A stretch of 64,000 nt of DNA from Eledone cirrhosa (lineage: Eukaryota): the NCBI GenBank assembly GCA_964016885.1, contig OZ024758.1, positions 30,070,001 to 30,134,000 on the forward strand. The letters are read 5' to 3'. Shown in pieces: positions 54,290 through 64,000 of this stretch. A model generated the notes under the pieces. That model made no database searches, was not told where the DNA came from, and was given only the letters and a program-made list of their open reading frames with translations. Position 1 is the first letter of the stretch. The number at the start of each line of letters is the position of its first letter. Position numbers and translations under genes: made by a program.

Positions 54290-57200
54290 ATAAAGAATGA
54301 AATGGGAGAATCATTGAGAAAAAGAGGCGGTCATTATAATCTTGAGAAGTTTTAGGTTATCGAAGCAGTTCTTTATACATGTTATATTTTTAACTCCATT
54401 CACCTACAGAAAAGAAAGAAGAAAAAAGGTGTACATTGGATAATGTAATCCTAACTAAACTCTCTCTTTGAACCCGTAACTCCCAAGGGAGTGGTAGGGA
54501 CGCCATATTGACATATGGCTTTTCTAGGGCATGTTCCAGGGAGCGAGAAAGAGATATAGAGGAAGAATCGACCCCAGTACTCCTAACTAAACTAAGTATG
54601 AACAAAATATATAGGATGGTCACGGCTGAAATACCTTTGATCGATGAAGACAGAACAACAATAACTGAAATGAAGACCTATCCCTCGGGTTTAAGAAATA
54701 TTTCCTGTTTTCTTCTTAAATGTATTACTATACTAACTGTTACAGTGATCCTCTCCTATCCTATCCTTAGTCATCCTGTAGGAAAAGAGACATTTCTAGA
54801 ACTTTGATTAAGAACTAATGCGAGAATAAAATGCTAACTAATTCTAATATGTATCTTTATCGATGAACACGATTCATACATCCGTATATAAACACAAGTG
54901 GTGAATTGGCAGAGTCGTTAGAACATCGGATAGAATGCTTTGTGGTATTCATTCCAGCTCTCTGCTCTCTGAGTTCGAATCCCGCCGAGGTCAACTTTAC
55001 CTTTCATCCATTCAAGGTTAATAAAAAAAGTACCAGTCTAGTACTGGGGTCGATTCTTCTTCTATATCTCTTACTTACTTCCATTCTCTCCCCCTCTCTC
55101 CTTCTCTTGAAGAAATCTGCCATATTTAGACCTGGAGAGGAGATGGGTTCCCCCAGGTTTAAACATGCCCTAGAAACGCTGTATGTCAATACAGCGCCAC
55201 TACCACTTACTCAGGAGTTACGGGACCATCCATATAAACACAACTTATATTAAAAAGCGAGAGAAGACACGCACACTTAATTACATGTCACAAGGTTTGC
55301 TGGAGTTTCCCACTAATAATTTTTGAGGCAAACCAAAACAATTGCAGCATTACCTACGGGTGATGGCGAGGCTAAGATGCTTGAATAACCAAATACCTTC
55401 GGAGGCATCATCTGGCATGATAATGCTAATTATACGATACTTATGGTGAGAATCTTACGTTGGTCTTGATGTTCATGGTCAGCCCTGATCGAGCAGGCCT
55501 ATGTTTGAAAACGTTCCAACTGTGAAGATCTAGCCATTTTTACAACACAGTCTATCTAGGATTGCCATTATCTAATGTAGCCTTTTTATGCGTGTGACCT
55601 AGGTGTTGGACCTACGATCATAAGATCATGATTTCGATTCCCAGACCAGATGGCACGTTATATTTCGGTGAGCAAACCACTTCAATTCATGTTACTTCAG
55701 TTAATGTTATTCCTGAGACAGACTGGCGTCTTGTACTATACTATCAGTCTTTAAACATTGCATGGAACCGGAATAAGCTTCGGCCATAGTCTCACCCTTG
55801 TAAGCATGGAAAGACGGACTTAAACAAACACACACACGTCCACTCTCTCTTCTATTTTAAAATACCAGACCTGCCTACCTCTAAAAACCCCAACAGGGAG
55901 TACCATGAAAAAAAGTGCCCCAAAACGGGAAGAAATGAGACAAAATGGGGAGATTTTACATAATGAAAGCTATATCCATTTTCACAAGAGAAAACATCTC
56001 TCAGCCACCCCAAAGTGGGTGGGAGATCTCCCTGTCGTACGAGGAAAGTGGACAGGTACTTGTGGCAGTACTCGAAACACTGACTATTGTCCAGTCTTGT
56101 CTGCATTCTTACACATTGTGTAAAACAGCACACACTCGCATGCACACACACGCTCCTCCCATTCATTTTGATAAGTTATACTTTAGTATTTTGGGGGGCG
56201 AGATATGTAGGAAGACCAGACAGGATGTATTCATCAAACAAACTGTATGTATGTAGCATGGAATATATCCTGTGTAGAATATATAGTGTGTATATATAGT
56301 GTGCATGTGTTCTATATGTATTGTGTAGACTGTGCTGCATATGTGACGCTAAGAACATTATGTATATGTTCAGTAGGATATAAACAAAATTTAAATCATC
56401 AGATATATATTTTGACATGTTTGTTCTTTGCTGTCAGAATGAAACATGTCACAACTTCTGAAAACGTCTACAGGTCCCCACCTTCCACAAGCGGAAACTC
56501 TTAAGTTCACAGATGTTAAAAGATAGATTGATAAAACATTACAGACAAATAGATGAACCAAGTAAATATCTTTATAGACAAGTACGTTGTATGTACATTA
56601 GACATGGCTCAGTGCTTAAGAAGTTCATTTTACAATTACGTGGTCCTGGGTTCAATCTTATTGCTTGGTACCTTGGGCAATTTAAAAAAAAAAATAATTG
56701 TTTCTACTTTTGGCACAAGGCCAGCAATTACCTAGTACATTACTGGTACTTTATTTTATCGACCCCGTAAGGATGAAAGGCAAAGTTAACCTCGGCGAGA
56801 TTTGAACTCAGAACGTAAAGGGACGTAACTCTGCTGGAAAGCATGTCTGACCTTTCTGCCAATTCACCGCACTTTTTTTTTCAAAATAATAGCTTCGAAT
56901 CAACCAAAACATTGTGAGTGAAATCGGTGAACCGAAAACTGCAAAAGTCCACCGGATGGACTGTACTTATAACCAGTGTTGTCAACTCTCCCTGTCTGAT
57001 GGGGGAGATCCCCCCCCCCACTTTGGGGTGGGTGAGAGATGTCTTTTCTTGTGAAAATAGGTATAGCTTTTCATTATATAAAATCTCCCCATTTTGCCTC
57101 ATTTCTTTTTTTCATAGTATTCTCCGTTTGGGTATTTAGAGATTGTCAGGTCTGTTATAACTGAACGATAGATAGTGAACGAGAGAAACTTGTTAGCTAC

Positions 57201-57912
57201 TCTCGAATATAGCAATAAAGTGATCTGTATCGACGAACAAAGACGAATTCTTCCCTAATTGACTTTGTTTTTGTTTTTCTCCTCATCAGAGTCTTTAGAA
57301 TAAGTATTAGTGGTCATTTTTTTAGTACATCTGTCTCGCGTTGGAGGAGAAATTTATGTTTTTCCTATGGTGTTTCATGTGTTTCGAATGAATCTGATCT
57401 TCAAAACTGCCAAGAACTAAGGATTTCTCGGGTGCTGGAAACACTGAAAACTAGTAATCTACGACAGCTTTGAAGGCCATATTTGTTCAAAACATAAAAA
57501 AAACATACAATCACAGGAAAAACACAAATTTCACCTTAAAATTCTAACCAAACCTTTCAACTATAATCTCCATTTGGAATTGAAATTTACATTCTTTATG
57601 TGTTTTGAACAAATCTGACCTTGAAAACTGTTGGAAATTATGGAAGACATAACTTTATGCCACAAAGCCTGTTGTCCAATGCTCTACCGATACTGCTAAT
57701 CCACGTCCCTTAATAATGGTTTTTGATTTAGGCACAAGGCCTACAATTGTGGTTGAGGGGAAAGTCGACTTTCAGTGCGTGACTGGTACTTTATTTTATC
57801 TACCTCATAACATACTGGAATCACTGGAAGCCACTGGGCGAATGTTCGACCTGTTAGAAACAGCAAGTAAATTTCTCTTAAACTTCCTTCTACCGTTTAT
57901 ATATATATATAT

Positions 57913-58154
57913 ATAGTTATGTAATAAACAACATAAGGCAATTATTCCATTTACCAGTGGTTTCTTAAAAGCAAAAAATTTTGCTTTCAGTCATCAGAAT
58001 GAAAAAATCCTGGTCTATTTATTAATATTGGATTCTAAAAACAAAAATGCAATCTATATGAAAGTGAGGCTGGAGAAGGAAGAAGGAAAGGAAAAATAAA
58101 ATAAAAAAATAAAAACACACACGCAAACACACACACACACACAATTATATACAT

Positions 58155-58195
<41 letters not shown>

Positions 58196-58257
58196 TATAT
58201 GTGTGTTTATATATACACACATATATATGTGTATATGTGTGTGTGTATGTATGAGTG

Positions 58258-58296
<39 letters not shown>

Positions 58297-58605
58297 ATGT
58301 ATATAATTGTGTGTGTGTGTGTGTGTTTGCATGTGTGTTTTTATTTTTTTATTTTATTTTTCCTTTTCTTCTTCCTTCTCCAGCCTCACTTTCATATAGA
58401 TTGCATTTTTGTTTTTAGAATCCAATATTAATAAATAAACCAGGATTTTTTTCATTCTGATGACTGAAAGCAAAATTTTTTGCTTTTAAGAAACCACTGG
58501 TAAATGGAATAATTGCCTTATATTGTTTATTACATAACTATTAAGCTCTGTTACCTACATAGAGCACTCTTTTTTCCTGGACCTTTCCGACGGAATTACT
58601 TCACA
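57913..58605. mobile_element. Fold-back HHR element, family C (related copy at 58854-59122)
   Basis: Arms of about 250 bp around a microsatellite centre. HHR CATT-CTGATGA-cTGAAAGCAAAA tt TTTTGCTTTTAa-GAAA-CCA c TGG-TA-AATG at 58453-58506, mirrored at 57948-58001. One-sided extension at 58542-58605. Confidence 0.85.
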
Positions 58606-58793
58606 TATATATATATATATATATTGTGTATACTTAGCTGATCTCTCGGACTTTTACGAAGTGCTGAGAGGGTGGATAAAGTTAATACAAAGAGTGATGT
58701 GCTCGTAGCGGCCGATGTCAACTTCTTTTTCCGTCTTTAAGGGTCTTCACCCAATTTAATAAACTATTTTATAGTATCGCCACGCATGAGCAC

Positions 58794-58860
<67 letters not shown>

Positions 58861-60403
58861 TGTAATAAACAACAAGATAATTATTTCATTTACCAGTGGT
58901 TTCTTGAAGACATATTTATATCTGTCTTCAGTTGTCAGAATGAATAAATAACATGGTGTTTTTATTAAATATGGATTATCCATATTTAATATAAATATCT
59001 GCCTACAAGAAACCACTGGTAAATGAAATAATTATCTTATGTTGTTTATTACATAACTAATAAGCTCTGTAGCCTACATAGAGCACTCTCTTTTCCTGTA
59101 CCTTTCCTACGGAAACACTCCATATATATATATATATATCACCTTGATCACCTTGACTAACCAGTCTGTCGGGTGTCCATTCGGTGCCGCTGGTCACAGC
59201 ACGTCGTGCTGTTTTAGCCATAAGATAATGCCATCCCACTGGCTGGGCGGGCAGGCCATATATATATATATTAGAAAAAACGAGGAAGTTTTGTTTACAT
59301 GTATAAGATATATAGACATGCGATCGACAAGATCCCTGACCTGATTCACTTAACGAGTGGGGTGGAACTCGTCAAATCGGACCGAGGAAACAATGTTTCC
59401 ATTGGTCTTTCCAATTGCTAATGCTATCTGCCAGTCGCAATTCCAGGCAGAAGGAGCAACGTGAAATAAAGTGTCTTGCTCAAGGACATAACGCATAGCC
59501 CTGTCTGAGAATCGAAATCACAACCTCACGATTGCGAATCCAATTCTCTACCCACTCAGTGTGAGAGTATATATATATATACACTTAAGAGTCAATGGCC
59601 ATCCAAAATCACCGGGTGAGATGACCCCTTAGCCTTTGTCAAGGCAGAATTCTAGGAGAAGGAAAACTCTGATATAACACCTGCAATCCCGATGGTATCC
59701 AATGATGTTGACTTGTTCTTCTTTTTGGTAAATATCATCTTGGTTAAGAGAGTGGGACTGGCTTTGTGCAGTGCCTTTGCTCACTATAAAAGCTTCACGG
59801 CACAGGCATTGCTTTATATCTGGAGATCTCTCTGCATTTGTCGTCACATGGTACCATGGGCCCAGCACTATGTGTCAGTAATTGTCACAGGTGTAGTGTT
59901 TGTACCAGAGTTTTCAAGTCGCTGGCTGGACTAAAAAGTCACACTCGTTCAGCGCTTCGGTAGGGGTTCTCCTACATGGATATAAAGTAGTGGCCGTACT
60001 CGAAAACGAGTTGGCAGCCACCATATATATATGTATGTATGTATGTATGTATATATGTATGTATATATATACAGAATATAGTCATAGGTATAGAAAGGAT
60101 GGATTGGTTTCAGTCGAAAAGCTTTTGATGGTAGGCTTGCTCTGCCAGGGGAGATTTGGGACTCTTCGTGATCATTTTGATCATTATCATCATTATTATC
60201 ATCATCACCATCACCAATATTGTCATCATCATCACCATCACCATCACCAATATTTCCATCGTTATTGCTAATTATTCTAAGTTAATTAGGAGACTTGATG
60301 AGTTGGAATTAGGGGAACAGCTGTTGAGTGGGGACAAGGGTTTCATTGTCCAGAAATTTAATCCATGTTAGGTGAACTAGTTTATGAGACAAACGTAATC
60401 TAT

Positions 60404-60956
60404 TCCCCCCCCTCTCCCTCGTCCCCTCCATCTCTCCCTTGTCCCCCCTCTTTCTCCTCTCCCCTTCTCCCTTGTCCCCTCTCTCTCTTGTCCTCTCTCC
60501 CTCGTTCCCACTCTTTCGCCTCTCTCTCGCCCCTTCTCCCTTGTCCTCTCTCCCTCGCCCCCTATCTCCCTCATCACCCTCTATCTCTTCTCCGTCCCCT
60601 CCATCTCTCCCTCATCCCCCTCCATCTCTCCCTTGCCCCCCCCCCCCCTCCCATCTCTCCCTCGCCCCCTCCATCTCTCCCTCACCCCTTCTTTCTCTCG
60701 CCCCCTCCCTCCCTCCCTCGCCCCCTCCCTCCCTCGCCCCCTCCCTCCCTCCCTCATCTCCCTCTCCCTCGGTCCCATCTCTCCTTCATCCCTTCCATCT
60801 CCCCCTCGTCATCCATCTCACCCTCTCCATACCCCCTCCCCCGCCCGCCCGCCCCCTCCACCTCTCACTCATTCTCCTCTTACACACACTCCGTCTGTCC
60901 CTCTCTCTGTCTCTTCTACACCCACAAACCCTCTCTCACTACCCCCCCCCCCCCAC
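60404..60956. repeat. C/T-rich low-complexity tract (G-rich on the minus strand)
   Basis: Direct reading. Confidence 0.85.
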
Positions 60957-61137
60957 AATGAGATTATTTGGTGGAAACCATTTTTAATAGAACGGTAGAG
61001 TGGTAAACTTTGAGAGAGACAGATGGATGGAGGACTGGACTGAGTAGATAGGAAATAATATATATGTATATATGTTCTTATTTTTTAATCCCCTTCCCTT
61101 ACGACTCCTTGGAGTTTCTGTTCTCACCCTATCCAAA

Positions 61138-61175
61138 CTTTTCTGATGAAGGACTTCTGACCGAAACGTCGATAC
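61138..61175 (+). ncRNA. Minimal hammerhead motif, partly degenerate
   Basis: CTGATGA-a-GGAC ttct GACC-GAAA-CG-TC with weak stem I. The downstream caagcgt.aacctaat is shared with the element at 63.3 kb. Confidence 0.55.
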
Positions 61176-61256
61176 CTCCTCCACTTCCACCAAGCGTCAA
61201 CCTAATATAACTGTGTAAAATTGTCTCCTGTGTTTTGTTTGTTCATTTTTCAGCTG

Positions 61257-61290
<34 letters not shown>

Positions 61291-61295
<5 letters not shown>

Positions 61296-61700
61296 ATATT
61301 AAATAAATGGAAACTATATTTATAAAACCATATCTATTCTATTATATATATTTCAAGGGTACCAAAACTTTGGTACACTCTCATCAGATAAAATACAAAG
61401 TTTGTTTTATAAATTTTGCCATAACCAAGAAAAAGATACCTTAATGGTTCAAGTTTTCCTACTTGAACCGTTAAGTTCTCATTCCTGGATATGTCAATAT
61501 TTATAAAACAAACTTTGTATTTTATCTGATGAAAGCGTACCAAAGTTTTGGTACTCTTGAAATATATATAATAGAATAAATATAGTTTCCATTTATTTAA
61601 TATCATTGAATATTATACTCCAGAAAACTTGTCGAGTGCTCTGAATCAGTTATAAACATTTATATTTGTTGAATTACCAACAAATTGAATATCCCTTTTG

Positions 61701-61705
<5 letters not shown>
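61291..61705. mobile_element. Fold-back HHR element, family D
   Basis: Palindrome 61291-61608 with an 8-nt loop at about 61454-61461. HHR TTTAT-CTGATGA-aagcGTACCAAA..TTTGGTACtctt-GAAA-TATATA-TA-ATAGA at 61521-61575, mirrored on the left arm. One-sided extension at 61609-61705. Confidence 0.85.
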
Positions 61706-61758
<53 letters not shown>

Positions 61759-61977
61759 AACGAGTAGGACCCCGACGGCTGAGCTCAAGCCGTTTCGACG
61801 GCTAATTTTGGACTAAATTTTGACTGATTTTGGACATTTTAGTTTAGAATTAGCCGTCGAAACGGCTTGAGCTCAGCCGTCGAGGTCCTACTCGTTCCTA
61901 TTACCCACTCTACTACCCTAAGTATTGAGTACTTTGGTGCGTTATGGTCCACCTGGTTCCTTACCACATTTCCTTTG

Positions 61978-62012
<35 letters not shown>

Positions 62013-62692
62013 GTATATATATATATTCAGTACTATACGAACATGCCAGACAACAACACGACGGTAACATAGACAACATAGAAATGACCCAGCAGATAGG
62101 CAAATCAGAGAGGCCAATGAAATAGAACTTAGAAGGCCAAGGCTAAACAGAAAGAATGAATGGAATAACAACAACACCCAAACAAACAACACTGACCTAA
62201 GAGAAGTATAAATAAATAGATAAATAAATACATACACAAGCACAATAACAACAAACACATATAAACACACACACTAGTAAAGATAGAATACATTAACCAA
62301 TACACAGTCACCCAATCACGAACACACATCAAACAAAACACTATACATACACGCATGCGCAAAGAAGACAAAATAAAATAAACAAATAAATAAATATATA
62401 AACAGACTAAATAAAGATGGCGTAGAAAATACAATGCAACGGGAGGAAACAATAGCACCACTGACGATGTTGCAGATGTGCAACGAAAGAACTTTGATAA
62501 ACTATATATATGTGTTTGCGTCTATATTGTATCTGTATTATTTTTGACCGTTGGTCAGTCAATGGCAACATTGAGGACCGAATAAATTAGATTACCGATA
62601 TAAAAGACACAGAAGCGAAAACCAACCAAACAGTGAGTGTGTTCTGTTATTAATTCTGGCAATATTACACAAATATGACCCTCCCCAAGTAT

Positions 62693-62734
<42 letters not shown>

Positions 62735-62930
62735 CGAAGGAAATGTGGTAAGGAACCAGATGGACCATAACGCACCAAAGTACTCAATACTTAGGGTAGT
62801 AGAGTGGGTAATAGGAATAAAGGACCCCGACGGCTGAGCTCAAGCCGTTTCGACGGCTAATTCTGGACTTAATTAGCCGTCCAGAATTAGCCGTCGAAAC
62901 GGCTTGAGCTCAGCCGTCGGGGTCCTACTT

Positions 62931-62968
<38 letters not shown>

Positions 62969-62991
62969 CATTTGTTCGCTCTACATGGCTG

Positions 62992-63205
62992 AATACAATA
63001 AATGTAATATGAGTTTTTCGAATATTAATAATAACATTCGATTCGTTTGCAATTATGCAAACAAGCTTCATTTTTAAAGCCAGGTAAGTAGAATGAACCC
63101 TTCATTCTTGCTCATTACATACATGGCTTTAAAATGGAGCTTGTTTGCATAATTACAAACGAATCGAATGTTATTATTAATATTTGAAAAACTCAGATTA
63201 CATTT

Positions 63206-63212
<7 letters not shown>
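62992..63212. repeat. Fold-back element with ~90-bp arms between (TA)n tracts; no HHR recognised
   Basis: atacaataaatgtaat..ttaaagcca and tggctttaa..attacatttattgtat are reverse complements. Confidence 0.75.
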
Positions 63213-63268
<56 letters not shown>

Positions 63269-63353
63269 AAAAGGTAACCAGAAATAACAACACAATGGGT
63301 ACAGTATATGGAAGGTATACATTAGGTTAACGCTTGATACAGCAGGAAGAGGG

Positions 63354-63389
63354 TCTTAACGTTTCGGACGCTAGTCCTTCATCAGAAGA
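63354..63389 (-). ncRNA. Minimal type I hammerhead ribozyme
   Basis: TCTT-CTGATGA-a-GGAC tagc GTCC-GAAA-CG-TT-AAGA, with palindromic AACGTT as in PLE-associated minimal HHRs. Confidence 0.75.
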
Positions 63390-63872
63390 AAGAATGAGAA
63401 ATAAAATAGATTAAGGGGACGGGCGGGATGGAATTGGAAAAAAATGTCTTTAGATAATATATATATGCACCAAAACAATGTATCTCTAGCGGTCGACTGA
63501 TGAGATGGGACCACTGTTTGTATTTGTTCATTTTCCTATCTTCATCCATATTTTTATTCACACACACACATACATATATATATATAAATGAAAATATAGA
63601 AATTATTGTGAGCAAGAAGCCAACAGTATTTCATATATATAAGTGACTATAACGTCAAAATGGAAAATAATTAACGTAAGATATGAGAAAATAATTCAAA
63701 CTCAATTAAAAAAAAGTCAAGACAGAGATTTTATCCACAGATTTTGTGAAATCCAGGGAAAAACCAATAGAGTCTTAACTCAGAATCAAATAAAGCTTAA
63801 ATACTCATCCTTCAATTTGGAAAAACTACAAATGCTCTATATAGTCTTAAAAAGACTATTTCACACACACAC

Positions 63873-63910
<38 letters not shown>

Positions 63911-64000
63911 CCATATGTAGTTGAAAGCCTACTCAATACCGAAGTAGAATTTAAATATTTCTTTAAGACTAAATAGTGAGTCTTGTTACTCTGGGGTTGT

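Overview
AT-rich, microsatellite-laden eukaryotic DNA. The SINE and tail sequences suggest a coleoid cephalopod, probably octopus-like; this is inference from pattern recognition, not a database result. No intact host gene is evident, and most long ORFs are artefacts of tandem repeats or (TA)n/(CA)n tracts. The window holds a young but frameshifted Tx1/L1-clade LINE (483-4141), two decayed Penelope-like elements (PLEs) of Naiad type with RT + CxCx5C + GIY-YIG (about 21.4-25.8 kb +, and 28.6-31.2 kb -), fragments of RTE and RLE-type LINEs, a non-autonomous Helitron, hAT- and piggyBac-like MITEs, many tRNA-derived SINEs, a degenerate tRNA-Val(TAC) and five minisatellites. The most striking unexplained structure is a dense population of short non-coding elements sitting in (TA)n tracts. 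They carry minimal type I hammerhead ribozyme (HHR) motifs (about 20 full or partial motifs from roughly 10 sequence families) and often form asymmetric fold-back palindromes. One is a terminally redundant ~424-bp monomer resembling a circular-RNA retrozyme. Together with the neighbouring PLEs, this looks like a microsatellite-targeted ribozyme/PLE retro-ecosystem.
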